Below are positions 6,206 through 15,483 of a stretch of DNA of 64,000 bases, in pieces. The notes under the pieces are model-generated. The model ran no database searches. It saw nothing but the letters and a program-made list of their open reading frames with translations, and was not told the DNA's origin. Made by a program: the position numbers and the translations under genes. Numbering within the stretch: the stretch's first letter is position 1; every line of letters starts with the position of its first letter. Source of the stretch: Polyangiaceae bacterium LLY-WYZ-15_(1-7) (GTDB lineage Bacteria > Myxococcota_A > Polyangia > Polyangiales > Houyiibacteriaceae); contig DAPKRU010000165.1 in NCBI GenBank assembly GCA_031800675.1, positions 790 to 64,789 of the forward strand, read 5' to 3'.

Positions 6206-7661
6206 CGTCGAGGACGAGCGGCTCGAGGCTCGGGGCGCGCCGGCCGATGGTGAAGGCGCCGGCGACGCGCTCGACCACGGAGGCGACCTTCCGCCGCTGC
6301 TTCGGGTGCACGTGGAGGCGCGCGAGGGGCTGGCCCTTCTTCACCTTCTCGCCGGGCTTGGCGTCGATGGTGATGCCCACGGCCGGGTCCACGTCCTGAT
6401 CGCTCCGCGTGCGGCCGGCGCCGAGGGAGACGCTCGACCAGCCGATCTCGAAGGCGTCGATGCCCGTGACGAAGCCTGCCTTCGGCGCCGGGACCTCGAG
6501 GGTGGACTTCGCGATCGCGAGCCGGTCCGGCTCGGCGACGACGCGCGGGTCGCCGCCCTGGGCCTTCACGATCTTCTCCATCACGCGGATCGCCTCGCCG
6601 CTCGCGATGGCGGCCTCGAGCTTCTTCCGCGCGTCCTTCTCCGAGCGCGCCGCGCCGCCGAGGCGGAGCATCTCCACGGCCAGCGCCATGGTGCAGTCGA
6701 TCAGATCCTCCGGGCCCTCGCCGTGGAGCACGCGGAGCGCCTCGGCCGTCTCGATGGCGTTGCCGACCGTGCGCCCGAGCGGCGCGTCCATGCGGGTGAG
6801 GATCGCCGTGACCTTCTTCCCGGCGAGGCGGCCGACGCGGACGATGCTCTTGGCGAGCTCCGTGGCCTGCTCGGGCGTCTTCATGAAGGCGCCCTTGCCG
6901 ACCTTCACGTCGAGCACGAGCGCGTCGATGCCCTCGGCGAGCTTCTTGGAGAGGATGCTCGCCGTGATCAGCGGGACCGACTCGATGGTCGCCGTCACGT
7001 CGCGGAGCGCGTAGAGCTGCCGGTCCGCCGGGGCGAGCTCGGCGGTCTGCTTGAAGAGGGAGCAGCCGACCTTCTTCAGCTGGGAGGCGAAGCGCTTCGT
7101 GCTCATGTCCATGCGGAAGCCCGGGATCGCCTCGAGCTTGTCCACCGTGCCGCCGGTGTGGCCGAGGCCGCGGCCGCTGATCATGGGGACGGGGACGCCG
7201 CAGGCCGCCACGAGCGGGGCGAGGCAGATGCTGACCTTGTCGCCGACGCCGCCCGTGCTGTGCTTGTCGACCTTCACGCCGGGCACGGACGAGAGGTCCA
7301 TGACCGTCCCGCTGTCGCGCATGGCGAGCGTGAGCGCCGCCGTCTCCTTCGGCGTCATGCCGCGGAAGAACGTGGCCATGGCGAAGGCGGCCATCTGGTA
7401 GTCGGTGACGCCGCCGTCGACGTAGCCCTCGACCAGCTGCTGGATCTCCGCCTCGGCGAGGGCGCCTCCGTCGCGCTTCTTGGCGATGAGCTCCGGCGTC
7501 GTCGGGGACGCGGCGGGCTTCTTCGCGGGCGCCTTCGTCGACGCGCGCCGCGTCTTCGCGGGCTTCTTCGCGGGCTTTTTCGCGGGCTTTTTCGCGGGCT
7601 TTTTCGCGGTGCGCTTCGCGGGCTTCTTCGAGGACTTCTTCGCGCTCTTCTTCGCGGCCAT
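6192..7661 (-). CDS. deoA: Thymidine (pyrimidine-nucleoside) phosphorylase with an N-terminal Lys/Ala/Pro-rich tail
   Basis: KHSTGGVGDK, SGRGLGHTGGTVDKLE and the C-terminal PYNP domain are present. The first ~52 aa are AKKP-type repeats. This is the real gene at the 3' end of the spurious 1789-aa ORF. Confidence 0.9.
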   Translation of the reverse strand: MAAKKSAKKSSKKPAKRTAKKPAKKPAKKPAKKPAKTRRASTKAPAKKPAASPTTPELIAKKRDGGALAEAEIQQLVEGYVDGGVTDYQMAAFAMATFFRGMTPKETAALTLAMRDSGTVMDLSSVPGVKVDKHSTGGVGDKVSICLAPLVAACGVPVPMISGRGLGHTGGTVDKLEAIPGFRMDMSTKRFASQLKKVGCSLFKQTAELAPADRQLYALRDVTATIESVPLITASILSKKLAEGIDALVLDVKVGKGAFMKTPEQATELAKSIVRVGRLAGKKVTAILTRMDAPLGRTVGNAIETAEALRVLHGEGPEDLIDCTMALAVEMLRLGGAARSEKDARKKLEAAIASGEAIRVMEKIVKAQGGDPRVVAEPDRLAIAKSTLEVPAPKAGFVTGIDAFEIGWSSVSLGAGRTRSDQDVDPAVGITIDAKPGEKVKKGQPLARLHVHPKQRRKVASVVERVAGAFTIGRRAPSLEPLVLDVIRR

Positions 7662-7750
7662 GCGCGCGACCCTACCCGACCGGGCGGCCCGGCGGTACTC
7701 CGCGGCGCCGCGGCCCTCCGAGGCCCGCGGCGTCGCGCTCTCCCGCGCGC

Positions 7751-10156
7751 TCAGCGCTTCTTGCGGCGCGTGCGGCGGCGCTTCTTCTGGCCGCCGCCGT
7801 CCTGCTGCGCCTGCTTCTGCTTCGACGGCCGCGTGCGGCGCCGCTTGGGCGCGTCCCCGCCGTCCTGCTCGCGTCGCGCCTGCCGCTTGCGCTGGCCGCC
7901 GCGCCCGCCGCCGCCGCGCTTGCGGCGCTGGCCCTCGCCCTGCTTCTGCTTGGACGAGCGCGAGCGCCGCCGCCCGCGATCCTCGCCCTCCTCGTCGCGC
8001 AGGCCGGCGTCGAGGGGGATGGCGGTGATCTCCCGCTCGGGGACGTTCACGTTCTCGATCCGCACGGTGACCCGGTCGCCCATGCTGAACATGCGCCCGC
8101 TGCGGAGGCCGATGAGCCGGATCCCCAGCTCGTCGAGCTCGTAGTAGTCCTGCAGCCGGTTCACCGGGACCATCGCCTCGACGTAGGGATCGTCGAGGGC
8201 GACCCGGAAGCCGTAGTGGTCCACGGTGGAGACGCGCCCCTCGAACTCCTCGCCGACGCGGTCGCGCATCAGGATGGTCCGGTAGAGCTGCACCACGTCG
8301 CGCTCGACCTGCATGGCGCGGCGCTCGAGCCGGCTCGCCTCGGCGGCCGCCTTGCGCATCTTCGGCAGCATGGTCGCGCCGTCGATGGCCTCGCCGCGGA
8401 GCAGCTTCTTCACCACGCGGTGCACGACCATGTCCGGGTAGCGACGGATCGGCGAGGTGAAGTGCAGGTAGTCCTTCGCCGCCAGGCCGAAGTGGCCGAC
8501 GTCGCCGTTCGTGTCGTAGGAGGCCTGCTGCATCGCGCGGAGCAGCAGGTAGCGGAGCACGGGCGCCTCGTCCCGCCCCTCGATCTTCCGGAGGAACTTC
8601 GAGAGCTGCTTCGGGTCCCGCGCCTGCTCGGCGTCGATGTCGTGACCGAGCGCCGAGGCGAGCTGGGCGAAGGTGCCGATCTTCTTCTCGTCGGGCTTGC
8701 CGTGGACTCGGTAGATGGCCGGCACGCCCTGGCGCTTGAGCTCGCCGGCGACGAGCTCGTTCGCGAGGAGCATCATCTCCTCGACCATGCGGTAGGCCTC
8801 CCGGACGCCCGGGTCGCTGCGGCTCTCGCGGCAGTCGATGGGCTCGACGTTCTCGTCGTCGAGGAGGACCTTCGGCTCCGGGAGATCGAAGTCGAGGGCG
8901 CCGCGGCGGAGGCGGCGCTTGCGGAGCTTGCGGGTGAGCTCGAGGAGCGCGCTCAGGTTGTCGACGCGCTTCTCGGCGGCGGGCTGGCGCGGGCCCTCGT
9001 CCGTGAGATCGAGCGCGCGGGCGACGCCCTCGTAGGTGAGCTTGCCGCGGCTCCGCATCACGCCCTCGAAGAGGCGGTAGTGCTTGACGATGCCGGTCTT
9101 GGAGAGCTCGGCCTCGACGCCCATGCAGAGCCGGTCCTTGTTCGGGACGAGCGAGGCGAGGTGCGAGCTGAGCTCCGGCGGGAGCATGGGGATCGCGCGG
9201 TCGGGCAGGTAGATGCTGCAGCTCCGCGCGAGGGCCTCCTCGTCGAGGCGCGTGCCCGGGCGCACGTAGTGGGAGACGTCGGCGATGCAGATGACGACCC
9301 GGTAGCCGTCCTTCGTGCGCTCGCAGAAGAGGGCGTCGTCGTGGTCGCGGGCGTCGAAGGGGTCGATGGTGCAGAGGTCGACGTCGCGCAGGTCCTCGCG
9401 GCCCTTCTTGTCGCGCTGGGGCACCCGGTCGGGGAAGGCGGCGGCCTCCTCCTTCACGTCCTCGGGGAACTCCTCGACGACGTTCTCGCGGATCTTGATC
9501 TTCGTGACCTCGACGGTCGTCATGCCGCGCACGCCGAGGTTCTCGACGATCTCGGCGGCGGCCAGGTCGTCGGGCCCCTGCGGGAAGCGCGCGAGGCGCG
9601 CGACGATGGCCTGGTCGGAGCCCTTCTTCTTCGGCGGCTTGCCGAGGAGGAGCACCGGCGCGCGGAGGCGCGGGTCGTCGGGCTGGATGACGTACTGCTT
9701 GCCCTGGCGCTCGAGCGTGCCCGTGAAGCGCTCGGGGCGGCGCTGGAGCACGGAGATGACCGTGCCCTCGCGACCCTTGGGCGAGGGGCGGGCGATGATC
9801 TCGACCCGGTCCCCGTGGAGGGCGGCGCCCATGGCGCCGGGCGGGATGAAGACGTCGTCGCCGCCGTCGTCGGTGGAGACGAAGCCGAAGCCCCGCGGGT
9901 TCATGGTGAGCACGCCCTCGATCGTGCCTTCGGCGGCGACGGGGGGCGGCGGGGGCATCTGCTTCTTGATGCGGAAGCGGTGGCCGGGCATCTCGGTGAC
10001 GAGGCCCAGGGCGTGGAGCTCGTCGAGGACGTCGAGCATCTCGTCCTTGCGGGACTTGGCGACGCCGAGGCGTCCGCAGATTTCGGCGACGTGGAGGGCT
10101 CGCGGCGCGCGATCGCGCAGCGCGTCCATCACGCTCTCTCGTTCGATGGGGTTCAT
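7751..10156 (-). CDS. rnr: Ribonuclease R (3'-5' exoribonuclease, RNB family) with a basic C-terminal tail
   Basis: 801 aa with an RNB catalytic core (TIDPFDARDHDDALF, HFGLAAKDYLHFTSPIRRYPD), an S1-like C-terminus, and a K/R-rich tail. Confidence 0.92.
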   Translation of the reverse strand: MNPIERESVMDALRDRAPRALHVAEICGRLGVAKSRKDEMLDVLDELHALGLVTEMPGHRFRIKKQMPPPPPVAAEGTIEGVLTMNPRGFGFVSTDDGGDDVFIPPGAMGAALHGDRVEIIARPSPKGREGTVISVLQRRPERFTGTLERQGKQYVIQPDDPRLRAPVLLLGKPPKKKGSDQAIVARLARFPQGPDDLAAAEIVENLGVRGMTTVEVTKIKIRENVVEEFPEDVKEEAAAFPDRVPQRDKKGREDLRDVDLCTIDPFDARDHDDALFCERTKDGYRVVICIADVSHYVRPGTRLDEEALARSCSIYLPDRAIPMLPPELSSHLASLVPNKDRLCMGVEAELSKTGIVKHYRLFEGVMRSRGKLTYEGVARALDLTDEGPRQPAAEKRVDNLSALLELTRKLRKRRLRRGALDFDLPEPKVLLDDENVEPIDCRESRSDPGVREAYRMVEEMMLLANELVAGELKRQGVPAIYRVHGKPDEKKIGTFAQLASALGHDIDAEQARDPKQLSKFLRKIEGRDEAPVLRYLLLRAMQQASYDTNGDVGHFGLAAKDYLHFTSPIRRYPDMVVHRVVKKLLRGEAIDGATMLPKMRKAAAEASRLERRAMQVERDVVQLYRTILMRDRVGEEFEGRVSTVDHYGFRVALDDPYVEAMVPVNRLQDYYELDELGIRLIGLRSGRMFSMGDRVTVRIENVNVPEREITAIPLDAGLRDEEGEDRGRRRSRSSKQKQGEGQRRKRGGGGRGGQRKRQARREQDGGDAPKRRRTRPSKQKQAQQDGGGQKKRRRTRRKKR

Positions 10157-10300
10157 GTGGTTTCGTGGGGTGGGCCCGCGGGACCGGTCGCGGTCGCGGC
10201 GGCGCAGAAGGGCGCGGCCGACCGGAGGGTCGCCGAGCGGGCGTGATTGGAAAAGGGGAGGGGGGTCGGGGCGTCGCTCCGGGAGCGCGGTGCGCGGATG

Positions 10301-11677
10301 TCAGCGCAGCGCGTGGAGCCCGCCGTCGTCGGCGCCCACGTAGAGGGTGCCGTCGGGCGCGAGGGCGGCCGTCGAGTCGACGTCCTGCCCCAGGTTGTGG
10401 CGCCAGAGGACCTCGCCCTCGGCAGAGATGGCATAGAAGAAGTCGTCTTGCGAGCCGACGTAGATCCGGCCGGCGGCGTCGATGCGCGCCGAAGCCCGGA
10501 TGCGGCCCGAGGTGGCCACCTTCCAGCGGAGCTCCCCGGTGGGGCTCAGCGCGTAGAGGTGGCGGTCGTAGGAGCCGACGACGATGGTGCCGTCGGCGGC
10601 GATGGCGGGGGTGGCGCGGACGTCCTCGCCGGTCTCGTAGCGCCAGCGCTCGCGTCCGTCTGGACCCAGGGCCAGAACGTGGCCACGATCGGTCCCGATG
10701 TAAATGGTGCCGTCCTCGGCGATGGAGGCGCCGCCGTCGATGCTGGCGCCCGCGGGGGTGCGCCAGGCGACCTGGCCCGAGGGCTCGACGGCGAGGACCT
10801 CGCCCTCCGGGGTGCCGACCACGACCTGCCCGTTCGGGTGGAGCGCCGGGGAGCTCCGGATGTGGCTCGCCGTGGGGACGTGCCAGCGGACGGCGCCGGC
10901 CGGGTCGATGGCGTAGACGCCCTCGGCGGCGGCGTAGACGGTGCCGTCCGGGCCGATCACGGGGCTCGCGTCGACCTCGTCGTGGAGGTCGAGGCGCCAG
11001 CGCACCTGGCCCGTGGGGTCGAGGGCGGTGAGCGTGCCGTCGTCGCTGCCGACGTAGACGGTGCCGTCCTCGGCCACGGCGGCGGTCGCGTAGATCTTGT
11101 CGCCGGCCGTGTAGCGCCAGCGGAGGCGTCCGTCGGCGGCGACGGCGGCGAAGCTGCGATCGAGCGAGCCGATGTAGACGGTTCCGTCGGGGCCGACGAC
11201 GGGCGAGGCGAAGACGCGGGCGCGGGTGCGGTGGACCCAGCGCTGCTCGGGGGCCTCGGCCGGGCCCGTGTGGACGCTCCGCCCGTGGTGGCGCGGGCTG
11301 CCCATGAACATGGCCCGGTCCGGCGTCGGCTCGGTCTCGGCGGGCGGGCCCGCGTCGGCGGCCGCTCCGGCGTCCTCGGCCGGGGCCACCGGGCCGGCGT
11401 CCGGCGGGGTCGCCGTGCTCGACTCCGCATGCGTCCCGGTCAGCTCGGCCTCGACCTCGGCCAGGAAGCGGCACCGGCCCTCGTGGCAGATCCGGTCGGC
11501 GCGGCACTCGCGGTCCGACATGCAGGGCACGGGCTGGGTCGGTCCCTGGCGCGCTCCGCACGAGGCGAGGGCGGACGCGAGCGGGAGCGCGAGGACGAGG
11601 GTCCGCGCCAGGCGGGCGACCGGCGCCCGCGGCGCGGTGGCGGGGCGGCCGGAGCCGTTCACGTCCTGAGGCGTCAC
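10301..11677 (-). CDS. PQQ-like beta-propeller repeat lipoprotein
   Basis: Signal ...LASALASC. N-terminal Cys motif CMSDRECRADRICHEGRC. At least 8 repeats of the 'DGT(V/I)Y(V/I)GS.D..l.A....G...W' type. Confidence 0.8.
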   Translation of the reverse strand: MTPQDVNGSGRPATAPRAPVARLARTLVLALPLASALASCGARQGPTQPVPCMSDRECRADRICHEGRCRFLAEVEAELTGTHAESSTATPPDAGPVAPAEDAGAAADAGPPAETEPTPDRAMFMGSPRHHGRSVHTGPAEAPEQRWVHRTRARVFASPVVGPDGTVYIGSLDRSFAAVAADGRLRWRYTAGDKIYATAAVAEDGTVYVGSDDGTLTALDPTGQVRWRLDLHDEVDASPVIGPDGTVYAAAEGVYAIDPAGAVRWHVPTASHIRSSPALHPNGQVVVGTPEGEVLAVEPSGQVAWRTPAGASIDGGASIAEDGTIYIGTDRGHVLALGPDGRERWRYETGEDVRATPAIAADGTIVVGSYDRHLYALSPTGELRWKVATSGRIRASARIDAAGRIYVGSQDDFFYAISAEGEVLWRHNLGQDVDSTAALAPDGTLYVGADDGGLHALR

Positions 11678-11711
11678 GTCGCCTCGGGAGTAGCAGCCGC
11701 GCCCCGCCGCA

Positions 11712-13385
11712 TCAACGATTCGGCGGCTCGTCGGGAGCCGCGGCGGCGTCGTCGTCGCCGGCCGGCGCCAGCAGGAAGACCTCGTCCCCGCGGAGCAGGG
11801 CCACGCGCTCCCCGTCCTGGGAGAGCGCCGCGGCCCGGGGCGGCGGTGCGTCGGTCCAGCCGGCCGGGCGCCAGAGCTCGCTCCGCCCGCGGCGCGTGAC
11901 GAGCACGCCCCAGGGCGTCTCGACGATCCAGCTCTCCCCGTCGGGGGTCACGCGGCCGCCCTGGAGCGGCGCGGGCGGCGGGTCCCCGGTCTCGAGGCGC
12001 ACCGGATCGCCGGCGGGGAGCCCATCGGCCGTGAGCGGGGCCACCCAGCGCGCCCCGGGGCGGCCGACCACGAGCCCCTGCGGCGCCCAGCCGAGCGCGC
12101 GCCAGAGCGTCGACTCGGGCGGCCGGGTGCAGCCCTCGAGCGGGGCCTCGGCGACCGGCCGGCGCTGGGCCGGGGCGAAGCCGGCGCCGGGGCCGACCTG
12201 GCTCGCGGGCAGCAGCTCCGCCTCCACGCCCGCGCAGGTCCGCCGGAGACCGCGGACGAAGAAGCGGCCGCCCGGGTCGCGCACGGGCGCCGGGAGCGCG
12301 TCGGCCGGGGTCACGCCGCCGGCCGGCCCGTGGCGCTCGGCGGTCACGCCCCGGACGATCAGCCCGCCGTCCGCGTCGAAGGCGAGGGCCGTGTGCGTCG
12401 TCGCGGCGTCCGGCGTGCCGCGCCAGCGGGTCAGTCGCGTGGCCTCGATCCCGCTGGCGGCGGCGGCGTCGAGCGCGTCGTCGGGGATGGGCGCGCCCCC
12501 CTCCAGCGCCGCGAGGGCGTCCACGAGCTCGCCGGCTTGGAGCAAGGCCGCGACCTCGGCGCGGCGCGCGCGCTCGCGCAGGGCGTCGGGGCAGGCGAGC
12601 CCCCAGGCGCCCGCGCCGAAGCGGATCCGCGCGTCCTCTCCTCGGCAGAAGGCGGCGGCCAGGCGAGCGCCGCGCGCCGGGTCCGCGTCCAGGGCGGCGC
12701 GGACGCTCGCCTCGGGCTCGCCTGCTTCCCGCGCGAGCCCGCCCGGCCGGTCGAGCCAGGCGAAAGCGACCTCGGCGCCGTGGACGCGAGCGACCAGGCC
12801 GAGGTCCTCGTGGCCGTCCTCGTCGCGATCCTCGAAGACGAGCTCGGCCTCGAGGGGCGCGCGGGTGGAGAGGGTCTCCCGGACGCGCGGGGCCTCGCCG
12901 AGCCCCACCACCCAGCGCACGCGCCAGGGGTCGGCCGCCTCGTCGCCCTCGCAGCGCAGCTCCGCCTCCGCGAGCGCGCTGACCTCCGTGACCGTCCGCA
13001 CGCCCGCCCGGGCCACCGCGCAGCCCTCGAGCTCGAGCGTGCTCAGGGTCGCCGGGGCGAAGCGGTCTCCCTCGCGGCGCGCGGCGGCGAGGCGGAGCTC
13101 GCTCTCGGTCTCGGCCACGACCAGGGCGTCCCGGTCGCCGTCCTCGTCGAGGTCGAGGGCGAGCAGGGCGCGGGGGCTGCCTTCGACGCCGAGGGGAGAG
13201 CCCTCCACGGAGAGCGTCCCGGCGCCGGGCTCGAAGCTGCGCCCCTCCCGGGGGGTGAAGCCCTCGGGCTCCCCGGGATCGTCGGGCGTGGTCTCGCCGT
13301 CCTCCTCCTCGCCGAAGGGGACGCGCCGGTCGTCTCCGCCGCAGGCCGCGAGGAGCGCCAGAAGCGCGAGCGTCGGGAGCCGCAT
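11712..13385 (-). CDS. Hypothetical lipoprotein with DxDxDG-type acidic (FG-GAP-like) motifs
   Basis: MRLPTLALLALLAAC-GGDD lipoprotein signal. Contains DLDEDGDRDALVV and FEDRDEDGHEDLGLV. Sits at the 3' end of the spurious 1305-aa ORF, 35 nt upstream of the propeller gene. Confidence 0.6.
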   Translation of the reverse strand: MRLPTLALLALLAACGGDDRRVPFGEEEDGETTPDDPGEPEGFTPREGRSFEPGAGTLSVEGSPLGVEGSPRALLALDLDEDGDRDALVVAETESELRLAAARREGDRFAPATLSTLELEGCAVARAGVRTVTEVSALAEAELRCEGDEAADPWRVRWVVGLGEAPRVRETLSTRAPLEAELVFEDRDEDGHEDLGLVARVHGAEVAFAWLDRPGGLAREAGEPEASVRAALDADPARGARLAAAFCRGEDARIRFGAGAWGLACPDALRERARRAEVAALLQAGELVDALAALEGGAPIPDDALDAAAASGIEATRLTRWRGTPDAATTHTALAFDADGGLIVRGVTAERHGPAGGVTPADALPAPVRDPGGRFFVRGLRRTCAGVEAELLPASQVGPGAGFAPAQRRPVAEAPLEGCTRPPESTLWRALGWAPQGLVVGRPGARWVAPLTADGLPAGDPVRLETGDPPPAPLQGGRVTPDGESWIVETPWGVLVTRRGRSELWRPAGWTDAPPPRAAALSQDGERVALLRGDEVFLLAPAGDDDAAAAPDEPPNR

Positions 13386-13532
13386 GGATCGGGGGTAGCA
13401 TCGGGCGGGGAGCCGGGCACGCGCCCTCCTGGCGCGGCGGGAGGGGAAGGAGCTGTAAGTGCTTGTCGTTGAAAGCCCGCGAGCGGCGGGGGTACGGTCC
13501 GGCCGACGACGGGTCGCCGTCGGGTGGGTGTG

Positions 13533-15476
13533 ATGCAGCTTCTCTGCCGATTGGGACTGGTCTGTGTGCTCCTCGCGCTCCCGCTGCGCGTGGCGGCGCA
13601 GAGTGACGCGGAGGGCGCGGCGGATGCTGCCGAGCGCGGTGAGGGCGACGCGGACGCGACCGACGCGGATGCTGCCGAGCGCGGGGAGGGCGACGCGGAC
13701 GCGACCGACGCGGATGCTGCCGACGCGGGCTCGACCGACGCGGACGGCTCCGATGCAGGTGCCGACGTGGAAGGCCCCGACGCCGGGGCGGTCTCGCCCG
13801 GGGCCGAAGCGAGCCCGGCGCCCGCCGAGCCCAGGGCGGCCGCGGACGACGTGGAGGAGCCCCATGCCGAAGCTCCCGCCGAGGCAGAGGCCGAGAGCGC
13901 GGACGAGGGCGCAGCGCCCGACGCCCCTGCTGCTCCCGATGCGACCGCCCCCGGTGCGGCCGACCCGGACGCCATCACCATCGAAGACGTCCGCGGCACC
14001 GGTGAGGTGGAGGACGACGAGGACGCAGACGAGAGCGCCGCGCCCGTGCCCTCGCTCCACGGCGAGTACCGCTTCCGCCTGCACCTCATGAACGACCTGC
14101 CGCTCCAGACCCAGGAGCGCACGGGCTTTCCGGACGAGCTCGGACAGAACCTCTGGGCCACGAACTGGCTCCGCCTCACCGGCCGCCTCGACTTCGCCGG
14201 CGGCCGCCTCGCCCTCGTCGGCCAGATCGACCTCCTCGACGGCATGCTCTTCGGCGACGAGACCGTCGGCGTCGACGCCGCCGCGCGCCCCCGCGACGGC
14301 CGCACCGCCTTCGACGCGAGCGGCGTCGACCCCCGGTGGCTCTACCTCGAGTGGACCTCCCCCATCGGTCTCTTCCGCGCCGGCCTCCAGCCCTCCCACT
14401 GGGGCCTCGGCCTCCTCGCCAACGACGGCGCCCACGAGCCCGTCTTCGGCGACTACCGCTACGGCAACCGCAACCTCCGCATGCTCTTCGCCACCCGCCC
14501 CCTCGGCGCGAGCGTGCCCTTCAACGTCGTCCTCGCCGGCGACCTGGTCTATCGCGACCCCATCGCGGATCTGACGGATGGCGAGCGCGCCCTCCAGGCC
14601 GTCCTCGCCCTCCTCTACGGCGAGCCCGAGCGCGGCGTCGGCGCCTACGTCGTCTACCGAAGCCAGCGCTCGGAGGTCGACGGGAGCGGCGCCATCCCGA
14701 GCCAGTTCGACGACGAGCTCGACGTCTGGATCGTCGACCTCTTCTTCCGCTGGGACGTCGAGGACCCCTCGGGCGGGCGCCTCTTCGCGGCCTTCGAGGG
14801 CCTCTACATCCACGGCGATACGACCCTCACGCGCACGGCCGAGCGCTCCACCTTCGACGTGCGCCAGTGGACCTGGGCCGCCCAGCTCGGGCGCGAGAGC
14901 GACGCCTTCGATCTCGTCCTCGAGGTCGGCTACACGAGCGGCGACTCGAATCCGGAGGACGGCACGCAGCGGCGGGCCACCATGCACCCGGACCACCGCA
15001 TCGGGCTCCTGCTCTTCCCGGAGGTCCTCGCCTGGAACACGGCCCGCAGCTCCACGCTGGCCCAGTCGGAGCTGCTCACCGGGCGTCCCTCGCCGGGCTC
15101 CGATCTCCTGCCGACGGACGGCGGCGTGAGCGGCGCGACCTACCTCTTCCAGTACGCGCTCATCCACCCGAAGGACTGGCTCGACCTGCGCGTCGGCTGG
15201 ATCTGGGCCCGCGCCACCTCGGACGTGGTCGACCCCTACCGGGCCCGCGCCGAGTCGAGCCTCGTGAACTACCGCGGCGGCGACCCCTCGAGCCGGGACC
15301 TCGGCCTCGAGCTCGACGCGGCGCTCCTCTTCCACGTGCTCCTGCCGAAGGACATCGAGGTCACGGCCGGCGTGGAGGGCGCGGTCTTCGTGCCCGGCCA
15401 CGCCTTCGACGACGCCGCCGGCAACCGCATGGACACCATGGGCCTCGTCCGCCTGCGCGCGGGTCTGGAGTTCTGA
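13533..15476 (+). CDS. Putative outer-membrane beta-barrel protein with an acidic repeat N-terminus (paralog of 18347-20410)
   Basis: Signal MQLLCRLGLVCVLLALPLRVAAQ. D/A/E-rich region with a 45-bp repeat (13620-13730). Motifs PSHWGLGLLANDG and LFATRPL. C-terminal ...LRAGLEF ends in Phe. An in-frame GTG at 13524 is an alternative start. Confidence 0.65.
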   Translation: MQLLCRLGLVCVLLALPLRVAAQSDAEGAADAAERGEGDADATDADAAERGEGDADATDADAADAGSTDADGSDAGADVEGPDAGAVSPGAEASPAPAEPRAAADDVEEPHAEAPAEAEAESADEGAAPDAPAAPDATAPGAADPDAITIEDVRGTGEVEDDEDADESAAPVPSLHGEYRFRLHLMNDLPLQTQERTGFPDELGQNLWATNWLRLTGRLDFAGGRLALVGQIDLLDGMLFGDETVGVDAAARPRDGRTAFDASGVDPRWLYLEWTSPIGLFRAGLQPSHWGLGLLANDGAHEPVFGDYRYGNRNLRMLFATRPLGASVPFNVVLAGDLVYRDPIADLTDGERALQAVLALLYGEPERGVGAYVVYRSQRSEVDGSGAIPSQFDDELDVWIVDLFFRWDVEDPSGGRLFAAFEGLYIHGDTTLTRTAERSTFDVRQWTWAAQLGRESDAFDLVLEVGYTSGDSNPEDGTQRRATMHPDHRIGLLLFPEVLAWNTARSSTLAQSELLTGRPSPGSDLLPTDGGVSGATYLFQYALIHPKDWLDLRVGWIWARATSDVVDPYRARAESSLVNYRGGDPSSRDLGLELDAALLFHVLLPKDIEVTAGVEGAVFVPGHAFDDAAGNRMDTMGLVRLRAGLEF

Positions 15477-15483
15477 GGCCCCC

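Noticed and set aside
6192-11561. A 1789-aa minus-strand ORF spanning three genes. Similar giants occur at 11712-15629(-), 26558-29794(+), 32797-35817(+), 38170-42069(+), 45604-48501(+) and 54241-56868(-).
   Set aside because: These are artefacts of stop-codon scarcity in very GC-rich DNA. Their translations are Arg/Pro/Gly/Ala-rich except where they coincide with a real gene at one end (deoA, a lipoprotein, DUF423, maeA). The recognisable proteins lie in other frames or on the other strand over the rest of their length.
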